64,000 nucleotides of DNA from Paraspadella gotoi. Lineage: Eukaryota; Animalia; Chaetognatha. Location: NCBI GenBank assembly GCA_051294375.1, contig CM119266.1:411132-475131 (forward strand), read 5' to 3'. A program made the translations under genes and the position numbers. The notes beneath the pieces were generated by a model, which was not told the DNA's origin, ran no database searches, and worked only from the letters and a program-made list of their open reading frames with translations. Numbering within the stretch: position 1 is the first letter of the stretch; every line of letters begins with the position of its first letter. Below are positions 39,417 through 53,371 of this stretch, one piece after another.

Positions 39417-41738
39417 TTTAATCACTTTTAAATATATCTCGAAAATTTACAGCATCTCGTTCAGTAGGAACAAACGGAGAATGATAAAAAATAATTAGTC
39501 CAATTTCTCGTGGAAATCTTTAAATATTACAGAATTTGCCCTGATAATTAAAGGTTATCTCATCAAGGCAATTATTCAAATATTATTAAACCTTTTAAAA
39601 TGTAATTATCAAAATGTATTTTCTTCAATACGCATTGGGCCATTGGTGATACCTCACGTCCTTGACATCAGCCATCGCCAGGATTTCCGGTTCTAAAAAA
39701 AAAAAAAAAATTCAACGCAGAAAGTCCATTTCAAACGACAACGACCATTTTAACTTGCGAGGCGTGAATAAAGGGATAAAAGAAATTCATCACTCCATTC
39801 TAATAATTCTATAGTCGGAGCCTAAAGACGTCACAAGATTCCTCGTTATTTCTTTGTGACTTTGTCTATCGGTCTGTTCCTCGGCCACTATCTTTTTAAC
39901 GTCGAGGGGGGCCGGGGGACGTTTTTTTTACGGTTACCAGCTTCCTTTAGTTAGGAAAAAAATTGTACAAACGTGTGTATAAAACAGGAAGACGCTTTGA
40001 AAAAAAAAAGGGGTGCGCTTTACGACTGCTCTTCTTTGCTTTTTTACGCCTTTGCGTAAAAAAAAAGGGCAACTTGAGCCGCATGGGAAAAAAAAGGCGA
40101 ACGTTAAAATTCGAAATATGCGTGCGGTTTCTCGGTCGAGACTTAAGACGCCAATCGTAATATTAATATTATTAAGCGGCATAAAAAAATATCTTTAATA
40201 TCGAATTAACGAAGAATATGAATCTGTCTTTTTCGTTTTAGAGTTATGACCGGTAGGGGGTTTCCGCGCGTCGCTTTCGTAGTCTCTCCGGTCCTCACCG
40301 TAAACCTAAATCTCTTGTGAACCGACGCTTTTACGTCTCTTTCTTTTCCTCGTTCCCCCCCCCCTCCCGAGGATTTTAAAATAAGACCAAGAAAAGAAAA
40401 AAATTCCCAGGCCTTTTAGTCAATGCAGGTGCAATGTTTAAGTTTATGTCGGTACAACCAATGTGAAAAATTATTCAGTCATTCAACAAATTAGCTATAT
40501 GACTTTGGACGGGCTATTTCATCTTCTTCATATATTTATATTTATTCTTTATGTTGTTTATTTATTACTATATTTTATTCAATGCTGTAAATAAAAAGCT
40601 TAAAAGTTTGCGTCAGTGAAATCACTTTCATTTAACGTGACTTACCCGTTCATCGGAAAATCGTCGTAAATTCTTGGCGTGGTCATCGCCAATTTGGCTG
40701 CGTCGTAGCGTGACGTATATTTATAACTTAATATCAAGTGGGTGATAGAATTAAGGGAGTAAAGAATCGAGATGCAGAAGTTAGCTAGAGAAGATATTCT
40801 GATAAAGGTAAGATAGGAAAGGAGTTTAGATGTAATAAGACAAAAAAGTATCTAGAAAACTCACTTTTACTACGCAGTATTATTTCTCTTCCTCTTTCAC
40901 ATTTGCCCCAACCGTCATTCTTTCATTACCTTCTTTCTGACAACGCGGCCGTACAACCACCATCTTCCCACCATCGAACATTACCGGTCCACCTACTAAC
41001 CGCCTTTCCAACAACTTAGATTCTACCATCTACCACCTCCGCCTCATTTCGCGACGATCTCTTCCGCCCTTTTCCCTTTTCCTCTTCCCGAATTCGCGCG
41101 TCAAACGAGAAGCTCATTCGCGTTTTTGTCCTTCGAACTCATTTTCGGAAAAACGAGACTTTCGGTCCTGCGATTCGGAATAGTGGGTTTCAGATTTCAG
41201 ACTTTCGAGATCTACTTTTTTACTTCGCGCCATTTAAATTAGTTTTGTATTCGAGACTCTATTTCGACTATATTACGACTCGCCTAATTTGAAATATGTA
41301 GGGTTTTCTAGGGTGCATGAAATGACTATAAAATCATTTTAATTTTATTCGCGTGGGAAAACTATTTAAATTTAAATTCAACCGCAATATCTTTTTTTTT
41401 TATTTAAAAACATTTACGCTTAATCTGCCTTAATCGGACATTTTGAGAAATTAAAATTACGAATAAAAATGACAAGCTGGGTGGCGATTTTTTAACTTGG
41501 GGTGAAAGAAAACTATTTAAGACTCAGAATTTACTATCGGATCTTCACTTCCATTAATAGTTTTAGTTGTTTTATAATTCTTTAAATTTTTTGATGGATT
41601 ATTTCGAAAGCTTTCTTTATTCTGTAAAATTGATATTAAATAAAAAAGAACGTAATGAAAAAACTTAATGAAATACTTTCACTACATTAAATTATTTTTC
41701 TCAGCTAGTTTCCGTTCGTCGGCGCCCAAAGACTAAAG

Positions 41739-44700
41739 ATGTCTGCTCATCGCCGAAATCTCTGCTTCTTCCTTTTGGTCTCCTGCTTTTTCACTGCCTA
41801 CGGTAAGACAGACATATGAGAACCACGCACAATCGCCTTTTAGAGATAAAAGTTTCCAAAACGTTGATCTTGGACCAAGGCTTGGTGGAGGAAAAAGATT
41901 TTATATAGTTAAATTCAAGACGCAATTCATATCTGCCCAGATCCAATGCACAATGTAAATGAATGTACTGCTTCTGTAACAATCACTGCTTTGCTAAGTA
42001 AAAACTCTTCAATAATCTTTTTACATTTTTAAACTTCATTTTATGTTTGAATTTGGTGAGTAATAATTACGGAAATACCAAGTAATATTATTGTCGTACT
42101 TTTTATCATTGGTTAAGCACTCGATCTCAATCTTTACCGGAAGACGTAGTTAAAATATTTTATTACGAAAAGTGAAATTCCGATTTAACGTTTCTTTACC
42201 GTTAAATGGATTTTACATCTTCACTCTTAAGTATAGAATACATACATTGTATCGCGTATATCGTATTATATATGCATAGATACTTTTTACACCGCGAAAT
42301 TTCTTTATAAGATGAGATCTGTATCGCACATAAAATTTTAATGTTCTTTATGTCTACAGTTATTGAGTCTATTTGTATGTTTTCACTGATTGTTTACATT
42401 CCGCCAAAAGAAACCTTTCGAAAAAATAAAAACAATTCATTATTTATTAATTTTTTTATAATTAGGTCATATTTGCTTGTTTACGTGTTTTGCACGGGAA
42501 TTTTCGTTGGCACCGACGAAGCGAAAAAAATATTTAGCTTCTCCGTTTCTCCGTTCTGCGTTAGTTTAGTGCGATGCTCACTTGTTTTTGTTTCATCTCA
42601 GGCGAAGAATGTGTGGAAGTCCCGATAGAGTGCTCAGGCGACGGAGAGATCGATCCGGACGCTCAGCAGGCGCCGATCGCGGTAAGTCTTTTCGCTGTAT
42701 AGTGACGGGGTGAGACGGCAATCCCGAAAGGCAAAACCGGAAGTCGGGTAAGTTTCAGTTTGCCAACTTCAGAGAATGAAAAAAAAAAGATAAAAAGGAA
42801 AATAAAAAACGTCGAGAGTACGAAAGAAATAGGAAAAGCAAAAAGAGGGAAAAGTATCATGAATCAAATCTACTAATGGACAGATTAGTATATTAATCAC
42901 CTTCGTAATACCCTGTTTCTTCCACATCTCCTTAAAGGAATACTTGGACGTAGTCTTCGTCATCGACGGCAGCACCAGCATCGGCGAGAAGTCCTTCGTC
43001 CTCGGCAAAAACTTCGTCGCTGACTTCGTCTCTGACTTCGTCGTAGGCCCGGGAATGTCCAGAGTTGGGGTCGTCACATACGGAACCAACGTGACCATCA
43101 ACATGGAGCTGGGAGAGTCGGCCGACCTGGGCGGGGACGAGACCGTCTCCAAGATCAAAGGTTTAGGGGGGGGGGTGGATGAACGTGGCTAAAAGTCTGT
43201 TTTCTGAGTCTGTTGTGGATGAAAGTGGGCGAAGTGGGTCAACCCTTAAGGTTTGACTTTTTTGAGCCATTTTACCAACTTTGTTACATTATACTGTAGC
43301 TAAAATTTTGGCTAACAATACCAGTTTTAAAGAGTTAGAGAAAGTGATTGATTATGAAAATGAAAAAAAGAAAAAAAGAACAATGCACAATCAAATTTGA
43401 TAGTTTCAATAATCCTCCAACTCCGGGTGTTTCAGGCATCCAACAACCCGGGGGCGGAACCCGGACGGGGCAGGGCGTCAAGGCCATGACGAGCCTCTTC
43501 GTCAAACAGGGTCGACTCGCGGAGGAGATCGTGAAGAGCATGGCCTTTATTCTCACCGACGGGAGGAGTCAGCAGCCGCCAGGGGAAAATGCTAAGGAAG
43601 CCAGGTGGGCGTTGATGAATGCACACATGCAATGCATAGTGCATACGTTCTTTTATTCATTCATTTATTCATTCATACAATCAGTTTTTTTTATTCAGAA
43701 AGGAGACAGCGCAAAACAACTTGGTTAAAAAATGAATAGTCAGTACTTTTTAAATTCTTCGATTGATTTAATTTTTGATCGTTTAATCATAGATTGGCAT
43801 GAATCTCCACTTTTCGGTAGTAGGGTGGGTTGTACGGTTATCGATCAATTTTCTTTCATTTGACAAGGGATTTGGGAATCACCCTGTACGCGATCGGCAT
43901 CGGCGAGGAGATCAACCGGGACGAACTCATCTCCATCGCGGGGACTGAGGAAAGGGTCTACCTCATCGCCAACTACGAGCAGCTCGTCGACATCAAGGCC
44001 GAGGTCTTCCCCAAGCCAATGCGTCCACCGATCCCTAAATCAGCCGGGGTCAGATGTGTCCAGGTGGGTGTTGGAGCGAGAAGGGTTTAGGGAAGAGAAG
44101 TTTGGAGGTGGAGAACGAAAGTAAAGGAAAAGTGGATGAAAAGATTATTATTTAATATTTATTTGTAAGCTGTGAAATATGGTCGATAGGCGGAAGAGGT
44201 TTCATCGGTTACCTAACAAGTGAAGTTTTATTATTTGAAACAAATTTTTAAGCTCGTATGAGAGTGTTCTTAAGCAATTCTCGCACAACTTTGTCCAAGG
44301 TTGTTACAAGGTTTGGAACCGATTTACGATGGCCTTTTTTTTTAAAGCCTTTTAATTATTACCTCAATTACTTTCGTCAACTGAAATTCTCTTTGACTTC
44401 GTTATCGAATCTTGTGTTCGACCCCAACTCATTTTATGCTAATTAAAATTTATAGAAAATTAAGAAACCAAGAAGAAATTTGATTTCATCCTGCGTTACG
44501 GGAAGTTTTGTTCAATTGTTAGCTAAATATTCTTGGTATTTTACAGTCAGTATTTACAGCCAGTATTTACAGCCAGTCAATTATGATTATGATTAAAAGT
44601 TTTGCTTCCGTTGCATGAAAATGTTATTTAATGGATTTAAATATTTTTATTAGGAAATTTATTTTTATATGGGAAAACTTTTTGATTTAGGATTTTTATC

Positions 44701-45633
44701 TACATTTTTATTGGTTATTTATATTTTATATTTACATTTTCTCGAGGGATAAAAAAACAATCTGGACTGAAAGTAATTATTTCGTTGCTTACAATTTATG
44801 CTTGTTAAAGTAGTATATCAATATTTTACATGATGAAATATTTAATTTTGATTAATTTAATTAATTGAATAAAATTCAATGGATTACGTTAAAAATTTTT
44901 ACTCTCAACTTACAATTAAATATATGATTAAATATGGATAGTTTTTTACATTTTTAAAAATAGCGGTTTTCAATCCATGAAACAATAAATTCAGTCCGGA
45001 TTTACTACTTCTACTCTTTGTCAAAACGGCTACTTTTTTCCTCCCAACAGCTGGAGTGCATGCTTGATGACGAGGGCGTTCCGACCATGAGGGTCTTGGT
45101 TCCGGACAAGCTGCAATCCTGTTGCAGAGGCGCCATCGGCAGCTGCCCCAATATGAAGTTTGAGGTGACGAAAGAAATAAAACCTAAGCCATCAAAAAAA
45201 CTAACTGAAAATAAACATTTTGATTTCTATATCTATAATCATCATACTCATGATATTATTAAACCATATTGAACAGCTATCACAAAAGCACCGCAAGATT
45301 AATTGTGCTGTGTTTCCAATGGATTACTCTTTTGTTAATTTTTTTCAGGAGAGCCAAAAGAGCGGTTTCATGCAATGCGATGTAAAAGCGGGCGAGTGCA
45401 ACACTAATTTCAACGTCGCAGAAAAAGATCTCGAGTACAGCAACATTTTGAATCTTTACGAGGAATCTGACGACGGATTGGGTGAGCGGAATTGACATTC
45501 TATAAATAGCAAAAAAATATTGTAATGAATATAAAACAATAAATAGACTATGAGAATTCTTGAGTTGTCGTTATATTTTCAAGATGCAGATATTTTTTTG
45601 TTTTTTGGGGCCCGATCTTCCGAAGTCTATCTC

Positions 45634-45664
<31 letters not shown>

Positions 45665-45961
45665 CCAACAACCCCCTCCCCTCTTCCACACAGTGATCCG
45701 CGACGAGACGGAGTGGCGCCTCAAGTGCACCTACCCCCGCGAGGATCTCCGCACGGCGATGATCGATTCTTCGCGCAAAGTCGCCAACGTCACCAACTCC
45801 GGCTTCATCCCGACGCAACTGGAAGTCTTCGACGCCGCCTTCGCCAACCTCATGCCCAAGCCGCCCATCTACGGACTCAAGGAGAGGGTCTTCGTGCAGG
45901 TCCTCGTCGTCGTCGGGGTGGTCCGAGGGTGGTTGGGGGAGTGAGAATAGGGGGTGGAGAG

Positions 45962-46059
<98 letters not shown>

Positions 46060-48077
46060 TTATTGAAAAATGTCTCGCTTGATGTAACCTGGTCTTCTAT
46101 TGTTTAAAATATTTTAACTTTTAATATAGTTGTTATGATACGTATAAATTAAAAAAATTTTCTATTATTTGGTCGGAAACCAATTTTCTAGTTAGTTTTT
46201 CTTGAACGCAAGAAGCTGTAACACTAACAAAAACAACAAAACAAATTACCAGTAAAGTCAATAAAAAGAAGAATAATCCCATTCCGAAAAAAATCAACCT
46301 CCCACTTTTGCCGCGATGCCCCCTCCTTCAGGCTTCCATGCCCACCCACGAAGAACTGGAGCTGTTTCCTCTCAACTGTTGGACGACGCAGACGGCGGAC
46401 CCGGGCAGCGCCGTCCGCAAGGAGTTGATCGTCAACGGATGCGACGAAGAGGCTTCGCTGCAGCGCGAACCCGACAACAGGGCCGTTCAGTCACGCTTCT
46501 CCTTTGAGGCCTTTAGGTAAATAAGGGGCGGGGGGACTGAAGGACGGTTGGACGGACAAACGGACTGGCATTAAGGACAGAACTTTTACCAACAAATGTA
46601 TATTGAATGAATAACAAAATAAGAATATGATAAATGATGAAGATATGGACAGACTCAGATATTGGACAGACTCATTTTAGGTCAGAGGGAATATAGAGAG
46701 AATGAAAAAAACATACAGAAAAAAAATTTGGGAGAGAATGGCTGACTGAAGAAAGGAAAATAAAAACAAGTTTGAGCAAACAATGTCGGATCTGCCAACG
46801 ATCATTATCGGTAATTAATTAATTAATAAATAATTAATTAATTATTTAATTACTTCAAGTTAATTATTTAATTAATTATACAATTATGCACTTAATTTGA
46901 TCCAAAATGTTTGTTTTGATTGATTAATTAACTGATTAAGAAAAAGAAGCATAATCAATTAGTGAAACAGGTTCTTTGTTTTTTCCATTTAAACTCATTT
47001 CCACTCAAACAATTCCAATCACGAGTAATTGGTGTTTTTTGCTAAGGTGGGACGGACGGACGAACGAAAGGACAGACAGACTAACAGACAGACAGACGGA
47101 CGGATGGACATCGTTTTTTTTGCATAATTTATCATAATTCGATGTTCTGACATGATATAGGTGAATGCCTGATAAGATTGAGGGGGCGGACCGACGGACC
47201 GACAAAGTGAATTATAGAGTCGGGATCTGCTGAAAGCAGATCCGACTAAAAATGACAGAAAAAAATCTGGGAAAAAAAATACATAGCTCAAAACAATAAA
47301 AATTAGAGAAAGCTGGATCAAATAAATCGGCACCCCTGACCCTCACCCACTCTCCAAGGTTTCACGGTGAATCCTGCAAAGTCTTCATCCACTGCGACCT
47401 CCTCATCTGCGCCGCCGACGACCCTTCGTCCAGATGCTCCCAGGGCTGCGTCCGTCGCCGAAGGAGATCTCTCGGCGGCACTTACTTGTCTTCGCAGGTC
47501 ACAACTTGATTTTGAAAAGTTTTTTTTTTTCTGACCTAAACGTTTATAGATTGATTGAGTCTTCGATCAATCAAAATTCATTGAACATTTAACAATTAAT
47601 CCCCTTCGTCTTATATTCATACTCTGTATTACTTCAAAGATACGTTTTTATTTGTTTTACTAAATGATATGGTAAAACTGTTCAAAGCGCTGATGAAGAA
47701 GACTCGAAATGTTTTAGAGTCGAAACATGTCTGCATTATAAAATAAAAAATCGTTGTTAATAAACCTATTAAATTCTTTGTAAAACTAAATGATATCGTA
47801 TTACAAAGCCACAATAAAACTCAAAATACAATATTTGTTACCTAAAAAGACTAGATTAATGTTATAAGTTAATAAAACTCCTCCAAGCGTTTGTGTAATT
47901 TTAAATCGATTTTCATTGGATCCCAGAGCGTGACGGCCGGACCAATCGTCATCGGAGATCCCAACGAAGCGAAGGCCACCTTCGTCGACGGCGTCAACAG
48001 GATGGAGAGACTCCGCGCCGTTGGCGAGCAGCTCGACCGAATGATGTTCGATATCCGGAGGGGGCGCTTCCGGTTTT

Positions 48078-48079
<2 letters not shown>
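41739..48079 (+). CDS. Secreted vWA domain + zona pellucida (ZP) module protein
   Basis: Signal exon MSAHRRNLCFFLLVSCFFTAYG (41739-41802). vWA domain with MIDAS DGSTS, TRTG and ILTDG. ZP cysteine pattern (LKCTY, NCWTT, IVNGC, FSFEAFRF, VFIHCDLLIC, SRCSQGC). Furin site RRRRR, EHP-like VTAGPIVI, stop at 48077-48079. Confidence 0.9.
46764..47247 (-). mobile_element. HINE-like element, family A copy 2 (internally deleted)
   Basis: Reverse-complement match to 59281-60575. Terminal hairpin GTCGGGATCTGCTGAAAGCAGATCCGAC and GACG/GACA microsatellite. Confidence 0.75.
47687..47734 (+). ncRNA. Minimal type I hammerhead ribozyme motif (Penelope-like)
   Basis: gcg CTGATGA agaa GACTC (loop) GAGTC GAAAC AT GTC tgc. 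Core boxes, stem II and palindromic ACATGT stem III are present; extra AGA after the box. Confidence 0.7.
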
Positions 48080-48113
<34 letters not shown>

Positions 48114-48326
48114 GGCTTCGACATATGAATTAAGATGCAGCAACTTGCGATTTTCCAGAAAAATATCGAAACGCTTTGTTTTCTTCCATTTAGTATTGTC
48201 CCTCGGTTTTTTGTTGTTTTTTTTTAACCGCAATTTATCATTATTTTTAACCAACCCGGTTTTGTTTAGTACATATTTTTTTATTTTGTCAAACGCTACC
48301 GCGTCTCGCTTATCGCGGAGGATATC

Positions 48327-48414
48327 AGTAGTATATGAGACCAGGCTAATCGATATTACTTTTGTTAGAGCAGAATTGACCAGTGAAATATGTAGCCTGG
48401 TCTCATATACTACT
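48327..48414. repeat. Perfect 22-bp inverted repeat with 44-nt loop
   Basis: AGTAGTATATGAGACCAGGCTA (48327-48348) and TAGCCTGGTCTCATATACTACT (48393-48414). Confidence 0.9.
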
Positions 48415-48753
48415 ATATCATTAAAATTATTATCATCGTGGACATAGAAATAAATATAATAGGTCTGTGTTTGAAAACTATCGTTTATTTTCTGCGACAA
48501 TTAAACTAGGTTAACATATTAGTTTAAACAAAAAAAAAGCTACTTCGTAGAACGCTTCACTCTAGGTCAATGAAAGTGCAAGCTTGAAGTTGAAATGGTC
48601 AGAAGTAAAAACAGTCTCTCAAAGATTCAATGGTTCGTTAAAATGTGTCGAGCTCTACATTGGAACAAGCCTAATGACAATATACACAACCTGATATCGC
48701 TAAAACCCCCGTTATACAATGCCGCAGGTGGACGATCTCTTCCACACCCAAAA

Positions 48754-49914
48754 TCAATCCTCTTCCTCCTCCGCATTCCCCGTCCAGCACCCGCTCTCCA
48801 GATGCGCCCTTTTCTTGACCCGAAAGACTTGCACCAATCCGCGCTCGTCCAGGATGTAACCGGGATTAACGTGTTCGTAGAGGATTTCCCAACATCCCTC
48901 TTGAGCGAGTCGACGACAGGTTCGGTCGAAGGCGCCGCGGAAGACGGCCACGTCGCGACGGTCACGTTCGCGCATCGCGTTGACGACGAAGCCGCCAGGG
49001 CGCACGAGGCGGACGAGCGTGCGGAGGGCAGAAGGGAGGAGGTGACCCTCGGCAAACCCACCCGCTACCACCACGGCGTCGTAGGTGGCGGCTGATTTTT
49101 TTTGTTGGGGGGGGGAGTGAATCAGTGGTAAGTAATATGTCCCTGTTTCTTTTCTTTATGCTTTGTTTCTTCTCTTTTCTTTTTTATTTTCTTTTTTGTT
49201 TCTTTTCTTTTCTTTACCTCCGACGTTAGTGACAACATCATCGCAACCGATCGTCAAAATGTGGAAATGTTTGTATCCTCGATCGACTGAACCTTTGATC
49301 ATCTCCTTGGAGGAGTCGAGAGCGTCGATGTCTGGAAACGAAAGACAGATAGATAGAAAAGAAGAAAGAGAGAAGGATAGAAAAGAAGAAAGACATAAAG
49401 AAAGTAAGAAAAAAAAACAAAAACAAAGCAAAGGATTAATGAAGAGCGATTTCGAGATGCTTGAGAGCGAAATGGGGCAGACTGCAGAGAGAGCGAGAAA
49501 TACCAATAAGTACTACATTTGTTAAGTGACTGGAAAAAAAATCAGGAATAGACTGAAAAAAACAGACAAACCGAGATTGAGAAACCATATGTTTCATTCA
49601 CTTTAACAAAAAAAATAATATTTAATTATCTTTCCAACTGACTCGTGTATCCCATTTCCTTCAAGCGTTTGGCCACGAGCCCGGTCCCCGCGCAGACGTC
49701 CAGTATCCTGGCCTCTTTGTCCAGCACCATCGCGGCCAAGTATTCCGCGGCCCAGTCGGCCCCTCTGTATCCCGCCGCCATTTTGTTCGCTTCGTAGGTT
49801 TTTCCGTTCCACCCGAGGTAAATCTCTTGAGACTGACGGAAAGTGATTCCTTCAGATTGAGACTGGCGAGAAGATGGGAGGAATGTCAAAATCTAAGATT
49901 CTTTTAATCTTTCT

Positions 49915-49990
<76 letters not shown>

Positions 49991-51728
49991 CCAACTTATT
50001 ACTACCTTCATAATATTTTCGTAAGCTTCCTTCGGCGTCATTTCTCCATCTTCATCGCCCTTCTTGACTGCTTCCAGAACCTAGTTTATTAAAGCTACAA
50101 TTACAACAACAACAACAGAAGCACAACAAAAACAACAACCTCGACCTTTTCACCAGAGTCGTCTCCTTTCTTCCTGTAGACCTGCACCAGCCCAGGGATC
50201 TTTAACTGATAGTACGGGTTCACGTGATCATAGACGAGTTCCCACTTTCCGTCAGCCTCCAATTGTCGGCATTTGGCGTCGAAAGTGTCGGGAAAGATGT
50301 CGCGACGGACCTCTTCCCTGGTGGCGTTGATTAAGTATCCGCCGACCTTCGAAACAAGTGACAAGTCGAAAACAATTCGGTAAACTTACTTTTCGTATAT
50401 ATTTACAACTTTATTACGGTTTGTATAAAATTCCAAAAATGAAGATTTTTGGCAACAGCAAATTATATACTTTAAGGCATTTTATTTAATTACGGTTTAA
50501 TAACGCTAATTTATTTAACTATAAATTCATTACTTTGATTAACCTCAACAATTCATCGAATGTGTCGGGATAAAGTTGCTCTTCCCCGAATCCGCCGGCG
50601 ACGGTAAGGAGTTCGTACTGACCTGAAAAATAAATCGCAAACAAACAAAAGATCTGAATTTGCTTAAAAGCAATCGAGGTTTAACGATCTATTGAGAAAT
50701 TATCCATTTTTTATTACCATCGCGAATCGGAATTTCGTGCCCATACCCGATCGGACAACAGTGATATTCCTGGTAGAGGTTCAGCTTTTTAGCTTTTTCC
50801 ATCATCGCCTAAAAAAAAAACAAAAAAACAAAACAAAACATTTTTTAAAAAAATTTTAACATTGAATTTTATTTAAGATTAAAGACGAAGTATTTTGACA
50901 TCAACGATTTTATTTTAATGGTACAGACAAGTTTCGGCTTTCATTCAAGCCTTCATCAGTGCTTGAATGAAAGCCGAAACTTGTCTGTACCATTAAAATA
51001 AAACAGTTGATGTAAAAAGACTTCGTCTTTAAGTTTAATCTCAAATAACTCAAAACACAACGAAAGAAAGTTTAATTACAACATTGAATTTTTTTAAAAA
51101 ATCTAAAAGATACCTCTGAGGAGTCTAGGCCGTCAATATTTTTGTAACCATGTTGCTGCAAGTATCTTGCAACAAGTCCAGTTCCACAGCACGCATCGAG
51201 AATACGGATATTTTTGTTGAAGTTCAAGTGCAGGACATAATCTTTAATCCAAAGGGCACCCTAAAGTTTAATTCTCCAAATAAATTTTTAATTTTAATTT
51301 TCCCCCCATCTTTTTTTTTCAGTGTTCACTTTTCATTGTAATTTAAAATAATTCTCTTTATAACTATCACCTTATAACCAATAGCGAGGACGTCCCTGTC
51401 AAAGTCGTCTCCGTTCCAGGTTTCATAAAACTGACGTAACAATATATTTTTTGATTAATGTAAATAAAATAATGATTTACGATGTTTTTTTATTCTGTGT
51501 TTAAAAATAATGACCAGTTGCGCATCTTTCCAGTCTTTTCCAACTCTTTGTAAATCCGCCACTTTTTGGATAGATTTGTCCCTAAGGAGTGCATGAAAAA
51601 ACTAAAATTAAAGCTTCCCCGTTAATATACTATACAATACCGTTTTTTACTTACTTGTTTATTTCCTTTTCTCTTATCTCATCAAAATCCTGGGTTACTT
51701 CCCGACTCACTTCTGCTATTATGGGCAT
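48754..51728 (-). CDS. Gene A: protein with two tandem METTL27/WBSCR27-like class I SAM methyltransferase domains
   Basis: Exons 51728-51655, 51581-51515, 51430-51371, 51260-51114, 50808-50718, 50622-50534, 50346-50146 and 50080-50006, then about 49862-49643, 49331-49220 and 49091-48754. Motif I occurs twice: ILDACCGTGLV and ILDVCAGTGLV. Confidence 0.85.
50879..51032. mobile_element. Inverted Penelope-like pLTR remnant carrying a minus-strand hammerhead motif (50921-50962)
   Basis: 43-bp perfect inverted arms (50908-50950 and 50961-51003) extend imperfectly to about 72 bp. Minus strand reads gca CTGATGA a GGCTT gaatga AAGCC GAAAC TT GTC tgt. Confidence 0.75.
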
Positions 51729-53371
51729 CTATAGAAAATTACAAAGGGAAATAAATAGAAAATAAAAATATTTTTTTACAGACCTCGTTTTTTTTTGATG
51801 ATCTGTGATCTGTTATCGAATTATTCGTACGTAAATTTAGTTAAAAAATCATGAGCTAGGTTTTTTTTTTGTTTCTTTTTGAAAAAACTTCGGTTTTAGT
51901 TTAAAAACAAACACTTTCGAAAAGTTTTACTAATTTTTTATTGAACTTTGCATCCGAAGCTCGATTCTGGTTTCGAGAGAAAAAGATCTTAACAGGAAAA
52001 TCGCGAGATAAGATATAAGACAATATATTCTCAAATTCTTAAATATTTTTCATTTTTGAGAATGTTGTAAAATTAAAAAAAATAGAATTTTTAGAAAAAT
52101 GTAGGTAAACTGAAAAAAAAAATTCAATACTTAGACTTCTTGTTGAATTCAAATGTATGTGAACTTTAGAAACTTGTTAAGTATATTTAAATAGATAGAT
52201 AGACGATCCATTCGGCGTGAGAAATCGTAATTCCTTTGGTCAGGGTCTCACGAGCCATATCACTGCGAACCGGTCTTGTATAAGACATATTAAAAGTCCT
52301 TTTCAGTAAGACAAAACCGCGTATGTTTGAAGACGTTAGCTCCGATTTTGTTCAGAGATTTTTCAGAAAATTTGTTTGCAGGATCGAATTTCCGACGACA
52401 GCTCTCTCAGTATTTCTCGCCTTTTTTATACTACTGTCTTTTCTCTGGCCAATCGTAGAAAGGCGAAAAAACTAGAACAGCTGAGAGTAAAGAGCAACAA
52501 TGTATGCCATGTGAGTTGACACCGATTGAAATTTATCATTGGATGAAAAAAATGAGGCCACGGTAAAAAACAAGAAGAGGGGATATTCCTGAGGTTCCAA
52601 ACTGGAAAATCTTATTTTTTTCTTGTGGTGATTTCGAACTAGAAAGGTTTGTAAGCAGAAACCAAAGTTGTTATGAGCATTCGACTTTTGTAATGGTAAA
52701 AAAATTAGAGCTGCTTTTGGACAAGTTTTTTTGCTCCATGAAGAAGAATTTTTTCTAGCGATGCCGAGTTTTTTGTACTGGTTTGGAAAGCTTTTTGCGA
52801 ATATTTTAAAACGTTTTTAAGCAAAGTTTTGAACTTTTTAAAAACGTCAATGGTTTTTCTTTCAATTGGTGTTATAAATTTTCATATTTGCTTATTGTTT
52901 ACGTATAATTAATTTTTCTTTTGTATCATCGGATTTGGATCACGGGGTAGATAATGACAATCTATCTATCTATCTTAACTAGAATTCCTGTGGAGAACGA
53001 AAAACAGTGTGAACTTGTCAAATTAGACTTATAAATTCCCTTGTTTACTGTTTGAATATAAAATGGATTCCGGCTTGAACTTCATCGTTAGTGCCAACCT
53101 TATTACTTTAAAATTATGTATTTAAAAAAATTTCAATATATCACATAAAAAGAATCGACTAGAATGAGTGAGTAGACCACAGCCTCCTATGGTTCAAAGG
53201 CAAATAATGTGAGCAATTGAGCATTATCTTAAGGCATGGATGAATGTAAAATCAAAATGATAATAAACAAATCTATTTTTGACAATAAACTACCCTACGA
53301 ATTTTTTGGTCATTTTGTACTCAACGCCACAGATTTGATAAAAGAAACATTTCTTAATGAGGAGCACCAAT

